From Candidatus Planktophila sp. (GTDB taxonomy: Bacteria > Actinomycetota > Actinomycetes > Nanopelagicales > Nanopelagicaceae): a stretch of 64,000 nt of DNA. A program made the translations under genes and the position numbers. Below the pieces are notes generated by a model that was given only the letters and a program-made list of their open reading frames with translations, was not told where the DNA came from and did not search any database. How positions within the stretch are numbered: position 1 is the stretch's first letter; every line of letters starts with the position of its first letter. Positions 39,619-50,082 of the stretch are shown piece by piece. The stretch is from positions 8,856 to 72,855 of the forward strand of contig JBMOET010000001.1 in the NCBI GenBank assembly GCA_049314595.1, written 5' to 3'.

Positions 39619-42600
39619 ATGGCTGCACAAGCGGCATTAGATTCATATCGCGTTACTGCGATCATCGTTACTCATGACGGTGAATTGTGGTTACCCGAAA
39701 CCGTTGCAGCGTTGGCATCACAAACGCGACCTATCGATCAACTTATTGCAGTCGATACTGCATCCAAAGATGCATCAAAACAACTCCTAAAATCTGCGCG
39801 AATTCCAATTATTAATGCAGATCGCAATTGTGGATTTGGCGAAGCGATTGCTTTAGCTGTTGATTCGATGAAAGTTAATAGCGAGGAAAAGAGTGAGTGG
39901 ATCTGGCTCATTCACGATGACTGCGCACCCGCATCATCGGCCTTAGAGTATCTACTCGAATCAATTCAAGACCGCCCACAAGTTGCAATGGTTGGTCCAA
40001 AACTTCTTGGGTGGCATGACCGTACACATTTGCTTGAAGCAGGAATAAGTATTGCTGGCAATGGTGCCCGATGGACTGGTTTAGAACCACTTGAATACGA
40101 CCAAGGCCAACATGATGGTGTTCATGAGGTCCTCTCTGTTAGTACTGCCGGTGCACTTATTCGTCGAGATATTTTTGAAGAGATTGGTGGCTTTGATTTA
40201 AATCTCGCGCTGTTTCGTGATGATGTAGATTTTGGTTGGCGGGCTCGAGTAGCGGGCCACTCAGTACTAGCTGTAACGAAAGCTGTCGCATTTCACGCAC
40301 AAGCATCAGCCACTGAAAGACGCGTAGTAGATGTTGCAGGTGCCTTCTTGCACCGCCCCTTATTGCTTGATCGTCGCAACGCCGCCTATGTATTACTTGC
40401 GAACTCATCGTGGTGGATGTTGCCTTGGCTGAGCGTGCAGCTCGTGGGGTCGGCAATGATTCGCTCTATAGGCTATTTATTAGCAAAACTTCCAGGCTAT
40501 GCCAGTGATGAATTACTCGCAGTAGCCTCTTTAATCATTCGACCTAATCTTCTGTTTGCAGCTCGCAGAGAGCGAAAAGCCAAGCGCTTTGTTTCTTCGC
40601 GAATTGTTGCAGCCTTTATTCCTCCCCGTTGGTCCCAACTTCGTTTAGGCACTACTGCCGTGGTTGAGAAAGTCAAAGTTTTCTTGCTTCCAAGTAGCGA
40701 TGGAGCTTCGGGATCAATTGTGGACTCAAATGAAGATGATGATCTGCTTGTACCCACAAAGAATCAACAGTGGTTTGGAGTTTTGCGTAAGCCCGAAGTA
40801 TTAGGTTTTGTGGTGCTCGCAATATTTACTCTTATCGCCTCCCGAAATAGATTGGGATCTTTAATCGGGGGAGCGTTACCGGCTTCTCCCAGCGGTGCAC
40901 GTGATTTATGGAGTGCTTATTTTGAGTCATGGCACCAAGTCGGCATGGGAAGCTCCAATGCATCACCGCCGTGGATTGCTCTGTTGGCGATTGCAGCAAC
41001 CATTCTTCTTGGCAAAGCCGGGCTTCTTATAACGTTGCTCTTTCTCATTGCACCACTATTAATGATGTGGTCAATTCTCAATCTCTTCAAACACTTCACG
41101 ACAAATTATTGGATTAGTGTGCCGGCAAGCTTCTTGTATGCGATTTCGCCTGTGGCAATAGCGGCAATTAACTCGGGACGTTTGGGAACTTTGGCAGTCT
41201 TAATAATTGGACCCCAGATTCCGCTACTTCTATGGCATTGGAAATCAATCGAACTCCACAGTTGGCGCAGAATTTTTGGTCTATCGATGCTCTTTGCTGT
41301 TCTCTACTCCTTCACCTTAGTCAGCTTTATTATTGCTTTTTGGGCTGCAGCGATCGCAATCCTCATTGATTATCTGAGCTTTCGAGCCGAGCCAAACAGG
41401 CCACTTTTTCTCGGGCGTCTTTATAAACGTTTAACTATTGTCTTACTCCCACTGTTATTAACGGCCCCATACTCACTTGAGGCATTTATCTATCCTTCTC
41501 GGTTATTAGCAGAGCCCGGAATAAGCACCGCAGGCGGAGACACAAACCTTGTAATGCTTGCCAACCCTGGGGGAATCGGAGCTATGCCCTGGTGGTTAGT
41601 TAGCCCAGTCCTCATAGTTTTGATTGTCTCGCTATTTTCATCTAGCTCAGCTCGAATAATTGCACAGTATGGAATTGGCTTCCTTTCAGGAGCAGTCTTC
41701 TTCTCAGCATTCTCAATCTCTGCCCATGGAAACTCTGCTAGTTCGCGGGTTTGGGTGGGAAGTTTTCTTGTTGGCGCAACCATCGCTGCAGCAACAGCCG
41801 GTGTAGTTATTTTAGATCGTCTTCGCGATGTTCTTATTGCAAGCAATATTAACTTCAGACATATATTGTCAGCGCTACTTCTTCTTATTACTGCGTTGTA
41901 CACAATTTTGACTCTAGGTTGGTCAATCAGTGCAGGTGCAAACTCCCCAGTGCAAAGCAATAGCTCAACCGTGATGCCGGCTTTCTTGAGCGTTGAGAAT
42001 GAAACTAAGATTTTAGTTTTGCGCGAAGTTGGAAGTGAAGGTTCGAAGGCGGTTCAGTATTACATTTCACGAGGAGCTGACATTGAACTTGGAGAGCCAG
42101 ATGTGGCACCTCGCCAGATCCCAGAACTTGTGACAGCTGCTCAAACACTTATCGATGGATCTGGAATTACGAGTAGCAAAGTCTTCGCCAAATATGGAAT
42201 CAAATATGTTTTCGTTAAGACCCCTTTTGATCCAAATGTTATTCAAACTATTGATGGTCTTGGGGGATTTGCTCGAGCATCTGCAACTTCTGCGGGAGTT
42301 GTCTGGAGAGTTACTGGAGTAATTGGGCGATTAGTTTTCACATCCCGCAGTGGGACTCAAGTACTTCTAGAAGCCGGTGATGTTGGATCACGGACCACGG
42401 TGCCAGGTGCCGGCACCGTTACTGTGACTGAAGCATATGATCGTTCGTGGCAGATTTTAGAGAATGGATATCGACTCCCTCGTGCAAAAAGTGAACTGGG
42501 ACTACCGGTATTTACTGTTACCGAGGCTGGGGAAATATCACTAATCCACGATGGCACTATCCGTCGTGCTTGGATCTCACTCTCTTTGATTTTTTGGGTT

Positions 42601-42669
42601 GTCGTAATCATTTTGGCGCTCCCAGCTGGTCGACGCAAACGTGAAATCTCCGAGAAGGAGTTGGCATGA
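39619..42669 (+). CDS. Large GT2 glycosyltransferase with multi-TM C-terminal region
   Basis: AIIVTHDG, WLIHDD, DDVDFGWR, followed by many TM helices; typical position after whiB. Confidence 0.88.
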   Translation: MAAQAALDSYRVTAIIVTHDGELWLPETVAALASQTRPIDQLIAVDTASKDASKQLLKSARIPIINADRNCGFGEAIALAVDSMKVNSEEKSEWIWLIHDDCAPASSALEYLLESIQDRPQVAMVGPKLLGWHDRTHLLEAGISIAGNGARWTGLEPLEYDQGQHDGVHEVLSVSTAGALIRRDIFEEIGGFDLNLALFRDDVDFGWRARVAGHSVLAVTKAVAFHAQASATERRVVDVAGAFLHRPLLLDRRNAAYVLLANSSWWMLPWLSVQLVGSAMIRSIGYLLAKLPGYASDELLAVASLIIRPNLLFAARRERKAKRFVSSRIVAAFIPPRWSQLRLGTTAVVEKVKVFLLPSSDGASGSIVDSNEDDDLLVPTKNQQWFGVLRKPEVLGFVVLAIFTLIASRNRLGSLIGGALPASPSGARDLWSAYFESWHQVGMGSSNASPPWIALLAIAATILLGKAGLLITLLFLIAPLLMMWSILNLFKHFTTNYWISVPASFLYAISPVAIAAINSGRLGTLAVLIIGPQIPLLLWHWKSIELHSWRRIFGLSMLFAVLYSFTLVSFIIAFWAAAIAILIDYLSFRAEPNRPLFLGRLYKRLTIVLLPLLLTAPYSLEAFIYPSRLLAEPGISTAGGDTNLVMLANPGGIGAMPWWLVSPVLIVLIVSLFSSSSARIIAQYGIGFLSGAVFFSAFSISAHGNSASSRVWVGSFLVGATIAAATAGVVILDRLRDVLIASNINFRHILSALLLLITALYTILTLGWSISAGANSPVQSNSSTVMPAFLSVENETKILVLREVGSEGSKAVQYYISRGADIELGEPDVAPRQIPELVTAAQTLIDGSGITSSKVFAKYGIKYVFVKTPFDPNVIQTIDGLGGFARASATSAGVVWRVTGVIGRLVFTSRSGTQVLLEAGDVGSRTTVPGAGTVTVTEAYDRSWQILENGYRLPRAKSELGLPVFTVTEAGEISLIHDGTIRRAWISLSLIFWVVVIILALPAGRRKREISEKELA

Positions 42670-43976
42670 AATTCAAGAACTCTTTTATTAGTGTAGGGAT
42701 CCTCTTGTTTTCTTTTGTAGTAGCAACAATTCTTGGCGCAACTGTTTCACCTAAGGGATATTCAGAGACTTATCCCGCAGTTGTTTGTCCGCCTACGTTG
42801 CCTGGACTTTCATCGTCAATCTCTTTGTCATCAAAGAAAACAACGTATCAACGTTTATCGAATAGGAGCAGCCATACCGTTCCTTTTAATGTGCTTCGCT
42901 ATCCAGTTATTAAAGACTCGCTAGTCATCACAACGCAGGGCGTAACACCAGTTGATTGGCAGAGTCGAAATGGCAGTTGGGCTGGCGGAGTTCTCTGTAC
43001 GGGTCCTGCACCGTCGCAGTGGTTTGTTGGCGGAAGATCAGATGTAACTTCGCGTGGACGCTTAATTGTTGTTAATAGCGGATTGAGCAATGCAATTGTG
43101 GATGTCCAAGCCTATTCAGAGAAAGGAAAGCAGCCACTTAAGTCCTTAAACATGAAATCCAAGAGTTATGCAATTGTCTCACTTGATACCTTGGCTACAG
43201 GAGACAGGGACTTGGTCGTACATGTGGTTCCACGTTCTGGGCGGATTAATGCATTTATGGTGGATGAGCAAGGTGCTGGACTTAAGGCACTCGGAGGAGA
43301 TTTAGTAAATTCATTTGCCAACGCCAGCAAAGTTTTGGTTATTCCAGCGATTCCAAATCAAAGAGTTAAAGGGAAGACGAAATCGGTTAGTTCCCACACA
43401 TTACGAATTATGACTACTTCAGAGAGTGGAGCTAGCTTCACGGCAGAAGTTCTATCCTCAGACGGTCGTTTTGTACCTGTCGGCTTTAGTTCGCACGCCT
43501 TAGCGGCTGGAAAAGTTATCGAACTTTCATTGGCACCAAAGATCTCCACTAGCTCTTTCGCACTTCGAATTACAAGCGATCAACCTGTAGTGGCAGCGGT
43601 TTCATCGACCATCACCATCAAGGCTCATCGAGACTTTGTTTGGAGCACTCCCGTAGAGCCTTTAGAGCCAATGAAAATTGCGATTACGGGTCTTTCGCCC
43701 CTCATTGTTTTTGCGGGCAACTCAATCGCAGTTAAGGTCGAGGTCACATTAATAAATGGAAAAACAGTTCGCTCTACTGTAAAAGGAAGTGATATTGCCA
43801 CCTGGCGTGCCCCAGCGACGGCTAGGTCTCTTTCCATTCTGCAGACAAGTAAAGATAGTTTTGCAAGCGCCTTGGTAGTTTCAATAAATGGTTATGGATA
43901 TTTTCCGATCACACCTGGAAGCCCACTGACTAGAGTTGAGATTCCTCATTCAAACATTCGCGTTCTAAATCCCTGA
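42666..43976 (+). CDS. Secreted/membrane-anchored protein (DUF5719-like)
   Basis: N-terminal TM helix, CP, C...WFVGG....GRLIVVN; synteny. Confidence 0.75.
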   Translation: MKFKNSFISVGILLFSFVVATILGATVSPKGYSETYPAVVCPPTLPGLSSSISLSSKKTTYQRLSNRSSHTVPFNVLRYPVIKDSLVITTQGVTPVDWQSRNGSWAGGVLCTGPAPSQWFVGGRSDVTSRGRLIVVNSGLSNAIVDVQAYSEKGKQPLKSLNMKSKSYAIVSLDTLATGDRDLVVHVVPRSGRINAFMVDEQGAGLKALGGDLVNSFANASKVLVIPAIPNQRVKGKTKSVSSHTLRIMTTSESGASFTAEVLSSDGRFVPVGFSSHALAAGKVIELSLAPKISTSSFALRITSDQPVVAAVSSTITIKAHRDFVWSTPVEPLEPMKIAITGLSPLIVFAGNSIAVKVEVTLINGKTVRSTVKGSDIATWRAPATARSLSILQTSKDSFASALVVSINGYGYFPITPGSPLTRVEIPHSNIRVLNP

Positions 43977-44017
43977 GAATCCCCAAAAACTACGCTCCTT
44001 CCCACTAATCTTTCTAT

Positions 44018-44389
44018 ATGAGTTCAAAGGCAAAGTTAGGTCGTGGCTGCTCCCGTGTGGGCTGCCGCTCTAACGCCACCATGACTTTGACCTATATCTA
44101 TGCTGAATCAACTGCAGTCGTTGGACCTCTGGCAACTTTTAGCGAACCCCATGCATACGACCTATGCGTTATGCATGGCGAGCGACTCAAGGTTCCTCAT
44201 GGGTGGAGTGTTATTAAGCAGGAGCTTTCAGGTGAAGAGCATGGTCCTTCCGACGATGACTTAATGGCGATTGCAGATGCAGTTCGAGAAGTTGCGATGA
44301 TTGAGAAAGTAGATGAGACATCTTCAGTAAATGAGACACCACAATCACAGATAGGTCGCCGCGGCCACCTGCGCGCCGTTCCTTCCTAA
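44018..44389 (+). CDS. DUF3499 family protein
   Basis: CSRVGC, TLTYIY, EPHAYDLC..H, DDLMAIADAVRE, RRGHLR. Confidence 0.9.
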   Translation: MSSKAKLGRGCSRVGCRSNATMTLTYIYAESTAVVGPLATFSEPHAYDLCVMHGERLKVPHGWSVIKQELSGEEHGPSDDDLMAIADAVREVAMIEKVDETSSVNETPQSQIGRRGHLRAVPS

Positions 44390-44397
44390 GATAATTT

Positions 44398-45756
44398 ATG
44401 AATTCAATCCCACATATTTTTAAAGCCTACGATATTCGTGGACTTGTTGACTCTGAAATCACTCCAGATTTTACTTTTGCGACCGGACTTGCTTTTGCGC
44501 GATTCTTACAACAGGTTCGCGAACCCGGCACAGTTGTGATTGGTCAAGATATGCGCCCATCTTCTCCGGCACTTGCAGATGCATTTTCGGCGGGAGTTAC
44601 ATCCCAAGGTATGGACGTGATACGGATGGGTCTGGCTTCAACAGATATGTTGTATTTTGCTTCGGGCAAGTTAGGACTGCCAGGTGCAATGTTTACGGCA
44701 AGCCATAACCCTGCCGCCTATAACGGAATCAAACTGTGTTTGAGCAGCGCACGCCCCATTGGTAAAGAGTCGGGTCTACTGACAATTGAGAACTTTGTTC
44801 GCACGGGATCACCATTAGAAATTCGCTCAGTTGGAGTTGAAAGCAATCGAGAGATGCTCGAAGAGTACGTTGATCATTTACTCTCACTTGTAGATCTAAC
44901 GAATATTCGACCACTCAAGATCGTTGTAGATGCTGGTAATGGAATGGCTGGGCACACTGTGCCAGCGATTTTTGCTCGCCTAAACTGTGAATTAATCCCA
45001 ATGTATTTTGAACTAGATGGCAATTTTCCAAACCACGAGGCTAATCCAATTGAAGCAGCGAACTTGGTTGATCTTCAGAGGGCAGTGAAAAAGAATAAGG
45101 CTGATTTGGGGTTGGCCTTTGATGGCGATGCAGATCGCTGTTTCTTGGTGGATGAAAAAGGCATAGCAGTTAACCCATCAGATTTGACGTCACTCATTGC
45201 ACACCGAGAGCTTGTTAAGCATCCAGGTTCGACCGTGATCTATAACTTAATTTCATCCAGAGCAGTTCTCGAAACTATTGAAGAAAATGGCGGAGTTGGA
45301 CTTCGAAGCCGCGTCGGTCATTCCTATATAAAGAAGATGATGGCCGATAGCGGTGCGATTTTCGGGGGAGAACACTCAGGACATTTCTATTTCGATGAGT
45401 TTTGGCGTGCAGATTCAGGTGCACTCGCAGCCTTGCACGCAATTGCCGCCCTTGGAATGAGCATTCAATCTATGTCTGAGATTCTTAAACCGTATCAACG
45501 GTATGTGCTGAGCGGTGAGATTAATTCAAAGGTCGATGATGCAGATGCCATGATTGCTTTTATTGAGAAGACATTTTCACAAAGGCCGGGAGTAACCCTC
45601 GATCACTTAGATGGCTTAACCATTAATGGCGATACTTGGTGGTTTAACCTTCGCCCATCAAATACTGAGCCACTGCTACGTCTAAACGTTGAGGCTAAGA
45701 CTCAAGGCGAAATGAGCGCACTGCGTGATGAAGTTCTCGGACTAATTAGGGGTTAG
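44398..45756 (+). CDS. manB: Phosphomannomutase/phosphoglucomutase
   Basis: FKAYDIRG, FTASHNP, FDGDADR, GGEHSGH, RPSNTEP. Confidence 0.94.
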   Translation: MNSIPHIFKAYDIRGLVDSEITPDFTFATGLAFARFLQQVREPGTVVIGQDMRPSSPALADAFSAGVTSQGMDVIRMGLASTDMLYFASGKLGLPGAMFTASHNPAAYNGIKLCLSSARPIGKESGLLTIENFVRTGSPLEIRSVGVESNREMLEEYVDHLLSLVDLTNIRPLKIVVDAGNGMAGHTVPAIFARLNCELIPMYFELDGNFPNHEANPIEAANLVDLQRAVKKNKADLGLAFDGDADRCFLVDEKGIAVNPSDLTSLIAHRELVKHPGSTVIYNLISSRAVLETIEENGGVGLRSRVGHSYIKKMMADSGAIFGGEHSGHFYFDEFWRADSGALAALHAIAALGMSIQSMSEILKPYQRYVLSGEINSKVDDADAMIAFIEKTFSQRPGVTLDHLDGLTINGDTWWFNLRPSNTEPLLRLNVEAKTQGEMSALRDEVLGLIRG

Positions 45757-45834
45757 GACCCCCTTCAAGTGTCCACTTTCCCGTGGAGGGCAGTAACCTA
45801 AGCCCCTACAGGATTTTACTCAAAGGAGCTTTTC

Positions 45835-47121
45835 GTGAACGTACCAGTTACAGCAACTCTTCCACGCCATGACATCGCAGATGCCTCACTTGCATCGCAA
45901 GGTCGTAAGCGCATTGAGTGGGCAGAGCGCAATATGCCTGTTCTTGCTCAGATTCGCGAACGCTTCGAAAAGTCACAGCCATTTGCAGGTGTTCGAATTG
46001 CAGCATGCATGCACGTAACAACAGAGACGGCAAACCTCATGCGTGTTCTTAAAGCCGGTGGCGCTGACATTGCGCTGTGTGCATCAAACCCATTATCAAC
46101 GCAAGATGATACTGCTGCTGCACTTGTACATGAATATGGAATCAGCGTATTCGCACGTAATGCAGTTGATCGCGACGGATACTACGTACATATCAACGCT
46201 GCTTTAGATATCGAACCTCACCAAGTTTTCGATGATGGGTGCGATTTAGTAAACACTCTTCACACAACACGCAAAGAGTTGATTCCAAATATTGCAGGCG
46301 GTTGCGAAGAAACTACTACGGGCGTTATTCGCCTCAACCAAATGGCAAAGGATGGCGCACTTCAGTTCCCTATGATCGCTGTGAACGACACTGATACCAA
46401 GCATATGTTTGATAATCGTTATGGAACTGGTCAATCAACTCTGGATGCAGTCTTTCGCTCCACTAACTTCCTACTTGCAGGCAGAGTCCTCGTAGTCGCT
46501 GGATTCGGATACTGCGGTAAAGGTGTTGCAGAACGCGCTAAGGGAATGGGCGCAGATGTAATTGTCACTGAGATTGATCCAACTAAGGCACTGGATGCAA
46601 TGATGCAGGGATTCCGTGTCATGCCTATGCTTGATGCTGCCAAAGTTGGCGATGTATTCATTACAGTGACAGGCAACCGTGACGTGCTTCGTGATGAGCA
46701 CTTTGCAGTCATGAAGGATGGCGCAATTATGGCCAACTCGGGACACTTTGATATTGAAATTGATGTTGCATGGCTAGAACAAAATGCAAAGACAAAGAAT
46801 GTAAAGATGCGTCATCAAACCGATGAATACGTGCTTGCAGATGGCCGTCGCCTCCTTCTTTTGGCTGAAGGTCGCCTTGTAAACCTAGGTGCAGCCGAAG
46901 GCCATCCAGCATCAGTGATGGATATGTCTTTCTCGGATCAAGCGTTAACTGCTGAGTACTTAGTTAAAGAGGCCAAGAACTTAAAGCCAGGCGTGCATGA
47001 TGTTCCAACATATATCGATAAGGAAGTTGCAAGTTTGAAACTCATTAGCATGGGTGGACGAATCGATGTTCTGACTCCAGCACAGGATATGTATCTGAAC
47101 TCATGGGAGCACGGTAGCTAA
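45835..47121 (+). CDS. ahcY: S-adenosylhomocysteine hydrolase
   Basis: [54 protein letters not shown] before the GTG. Confidence 0.96.
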   Translation: MNVPVTATLPRHDIADASLASQGRKRIEWAERNMPVLAQIRERFEKSQPFAGVRIAACMHVTTETANLMRVLKAGGADIALCASNPLSTQDDTAAALVHEYGISVFARNAVDRDGYYVHINAALDIEPHQVFDDGCDLVNTLHTTRKELIPNIAGGCEETTTGVIRLNQMAKDGALQFPMIAVNDTDTKHMFDNRYGTGQSTLDAVFRSTNFLLAGRVLVVAGFGYCGKGVAERAKGMGADVIVTEIDPTKALDAMMQGFRVMPMLDAAKVGDVFITVTGNRDVLRDEHFAVMKDGAIMANSGHFDIEIDVAWLEQNAKTKNVKMRHQTDEYVLADGRRLLLLAEGRLVNLGAAEGHPASVMDMSFSDQALTAEYLVKEAKNLKPGVHDVPTYIDKEVASLKLISMGGRIDVLTPAQDMYLNSWEHGS

Positions 47122-47807
47122 TGACTTTGGTTATGGTCGTCGATGACGACCAAGACCTCTCTGAAATGCTCGGTATCGTTTTAACCGGAGCAGGAATTGA
47201 TGTCGACCTTGTAAGTCGCGGTGATGAAGTCCTTGAAGTTTTTAGAAATAATCCACCAGATTTAGTGCTGCTCGATGTCATGCTTCCAGGCTTAGATGGC
47301 ATAGAAGTCTGCAAGTTAATTCGAGCTGAGTCCATGGTGCCGATTATCATGCTCAGCGCCAAAGGCGACACATACGATGTAGTTCGGGGATTAGAAGCTG
47401 GCGCCGATGATTACATGGTTAAGCCTTTCAAGCACCCTTCCGAATTAGTTGCCCGAATCCGTACTCGCTTGCGCCGAACCAATGCCGATATTTCAGGTCT
47501 ATTAACTATTGGTGATTTGGCAATCGACGTGCAAGCACATCAAGTTTTACGAGCCGGAAAGCAGATCTTCTTAACTCGTCTTGAGTTTGATCTTTTAGTT
47601 GCTCTAGCTAAAGAGCCAGGTCGCGTTTTTTCACGCGATGCATTACTCAGTGAAGTATGGGGATACCGACACTCAACTGATACGCGCTTAGTAAATGTGC
47701 ACGTGCAACGTCTACGTTCCAAGATCGAACATGATGCCGAGCGTCCAGAAATCGTGGTTACCGTGCGCGGCGTCGGATACAAAGCTGGAGTGATGGGCGG
47801 TTCATAA
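47121..47807 (+). CDS. mtrA: Response regulator MtrA
   Basis: VVDDD, LLDVMLPG, WGYRH..DTRLVNVHVQRLRSKIE. Confidence 0.93.
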   Translation: MTLVMVVDDDQDLSEMLGIVLTGAGIDVDLVSRGDEVLEVFRNNPPDLVLLDVMLPGLDGIEVCKLIRAESMVPIIMLSAKGDTYDVVRGLEAGADDYMVKPFKHPSELVARIRTRLRRTNADISGLLTIGDLAIDVQAHQVLRAGKQIFLTRLEFDLLVALAKEPGRVFSRDALLSEVWGYRHSTDTRLVNVHVQRLRSKIEHDAERPEIVVTVRGVGYKAGVMGGS

Positions 47808-47809
47808 CT

Positions 47810-49360
47810 ATGAACCGACTGGTTGCAGTTTTCAGGAACTCTCTTGCATTTAAAGTTGTTATTTCAACCCTCGCACTTTCGCTGGTAGTTATTTATATCG
47901 CAGGTTCAGCGCTTAATTCACAGTTATCTAGTGGTATTAAACAGGTAAATATCGACTCCGCTCTCATCGAGGCTCGCTCTACGATTTTTAGCGCTCAGTA
48001 CCGTTTCATTTTGGCCCAAAGCGAAAGTGATCCTGCCATCAAAAAGGTCGTCGATGATGTAATCAGCTCAGCTACCACATTGACATCGAATGAAAATGCA
48101 CGCGAAGTTATTTTCCTAAAGAGTCCTGGCAATTCGTATAAAGTTAATTATGAGCTTTCTTCTAATGCGGTCGACTTGCGATCGATTCCGAACTCATTGC
48201 GAGTAAGTGTGCGAAAGAGTGAAAAATTAGAGTGGAGCTACATCCGAGTTAATTATATCGGGGGAGAGAATATTCCAGGATTAGCAATTGGACAAAAAGT
48301 ATTCATTCCTAACGCTGGCCAGCACGAGATGTACATGCTATTTTCATTAACAAATCAAAATGCCACCCTTGTATTGATTCAAAACTATCTATTTTTGACT
48401 GGGCTTTTCTTGGTCCTGCTTATTGCACTTATAACCTGGTTTGTAGTTCGCCAGGTGGTCAGACCGGTGCGTGAAGCAGCGCAAATTGCAACTCAATTTA
48501 CTGCAGGTGACTTTAGGCAGCGAATGAATGTACGTTCTAAAGATGAAATCTCCACTCTCGGCAATGCATTTAATGAAATGGCAGAGTCCTTGGAAAAACA
48601 GATTGCACGTCTTGAAAACTTATCCCGCGTGCAACAGCGTTTTGTCTCTGATGTTTCACATGAACTCCGAACACCATTGACCACGTTAAGAATGGCCTCG
48701 GAAGTCATTAACTCTTTTGGTGAAAGTTTTGATCCAATCCTTGCCAGAAGTAGCGAGTTGATGGTGGCCCAGCTCGATCGCTTTGAACGACTGCTGGAAG
48801 ATCTCCTCGAAATTAGCCGATTCGATGCAGAAGTTGCCGTTCTTGAGCCAGTGGAGTTCGATATTGTCAGTTTGATTAACCGGTGTGCCGAAGATCTTGC
48901 GTGGGTGGCTAAGAAACGCGCCACAGATTTACGTATTTATTGCATTAGCGAGACTGTGAGTGTGACCGCCGATATTCGACGAGTAGAGCGCATTTTACGC
49001 AACTTGCTCACTAACGCAATTGATCATGCCGAAGAGAAGCCGATTTCAATCACAATCGTAGCCAGTGACGAAGACGTTGCAATTGGAGTGCGTGACTTCG
49101 GAATTGGGCTTGATGAGAGCGCACTGATTCGAGTCTTTGATCGTTTTTGGCGTGCCGACCCATCTCGCGATCGCACAAGAGGTGGAACCGGACTTGGTCT
49201 CTCAATCGCACTTGAAGATGCACGACTACACAATGGTGAGTTAGAGGCATGGGGAAGACCAGGCAAAGGCGCGCACTTTGTGTTAACACTTCCTCGTCAT
49301 GCAGGCCAAGGGATTAATTCACGATTGATCAAGTTGGTTCCTGATGATTTTCGTGATTAG
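47810..49360 (+). CDS. mtrB: Sensor histidine kinase MtrB
   Basis: Two TM helices, HAMP, FVSDVSHELRTPL, RFWRADPSR, GGTGLGL. Confidence 0.93.
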   Translation: MNRLVAVFRNSLAFKVVISTLALSLVVIYIAGSALNSQLSSGIKQVNIDSALIEARSTIFSAQYRFILAQSESDPAIKKVVDDVISSATTLTSNENAREVIFLKSPGNSYKVNYELSSNAVDLRSIPNSLRVSVRKSEKLEWSYIRVNYIGGENIPGLAIGQKVFIPNAGQHEMYMLFSLTNQNATLVLIQNYLFLTGLFLVLLIALITWFVVRQVVRPVREAAQIATQFTAGDFRQRMNVRSKDEISTLGNAFNEMAESLEKQIARLENLSRVQQRFVSDVSHELRTPLTTLRMASEVINSFGESFDPILARSSELMVAQLDRFERLLEDLLEISRFDAEVAVLEPVEFDIVSLINRCAEDLAWVAKKRATDLRIYCISETVSVTADIRRVERILRNLLTNAIDHAEEKPISITIVASDEDVAIGVRDFGIGLDESALIRVFDRFWRADPSRDRTRGGTGLGLSIALEDARLHNGELEAWGRPGKGAHFVLTLPRHAGQGINSRLIKLVPDDFRD

Positions 49361-49408
49361 TTTCCACAGCGCTTTTTAGCAGAAATATTTTGGGCATATC
49401 GTGCTTTA

Positions 49409-50044
49409 ATGCGACTAATACAAGAATTAAGCCAGCTAATCTTTCCAACTCGATGCTTTGGCTGCAATAGAATTGGTTTAGCAATTTGTTCTGACTGTCG
49501 GAGTGAATGGCATCCACATTATTATTTAACACATGTTTCGTCTCTCAAAGTTCATTCCGCAGTGATTTATTCACCAACGGCTAGAAAGATTCTCTTAGCC
49601 GCCAAAGAAAATGGAATTAATGGTGCCGATCATCTAATTATGGATTCGATCATTCATGTATTATCGAAAGCAAATTTTATGGGGCTCAATATCGCATTAG
49701 TGCCAATTCCTTCATCCGCAGTATCTCAGCGGCGAAGAGGGCGCAGCTTTGTAGTAGATATAGTGGAGCGCATTTCTCAGCAAACATCTTTGCCCATGAG
49801 CAACTCTCTGCATTTGATACGGCCCGTACGAGATCAGAGCGGACTACGTGCGATGCAACGATCTCTTAATGTGGAAGGCGCAATGCATCTGAAGTCCGGC
49901 GTCATACCCAGAGCCGATCTGGTCCTCATCGATGATGTTGTAACCACCGGGGCGACCCTGCGGGAGGCTGCCAGAGCCCTTACTGCGGCTGGATGTCACG
50001 TTATTGGCTCAGTTACCGCTTGCGTGGCCCAACCTCTACGATAG
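49409..50044 (+). CDS. ComF family (Zn ribbon plus phosphoribosyltransferase)
   Basis: CFGC...CSDC, LVPIP, LIDDVVTTGATL. Confidence 0.9.
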   Translation: MRLIQELSQLIFPTRCFGCNRIGLAICSDCRSEWHPHYYLTHVSSLKVHSAVIYSPTARKILLAAKENGINGADHLIMDSIIHVLSKANFMGLNIALVPIPSSAVSQRRRGRSFVVDIVERISQQTSLPMSNSLHLIRPVRDQSGLRAMQRSLNVEGAMHLKSGVIPRADLVLIDDVVTTGATLREAARALTAAGCHVIGSVTACVAQPLR

Positions 50045-50082
50045 AGGCCACAAGCTCGATGTTTATCGAAAGGTTTTAGGCG

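Noticed and set aside
45757-45834. Possible SAH/SAM riboswitch before ahcY (TCCAC/GTGGA hairpin)
   Set aside because: The region is short, the hairpin lies upstream of a likely TAACCT -10 box, and I recognised no riboswitch consensus. An Rfam scan would settle it.
49409-50044. comF as evidence of a competence system
   Set aside because: ComF is routinely found at this locus, and no other uptake genes are in the window.
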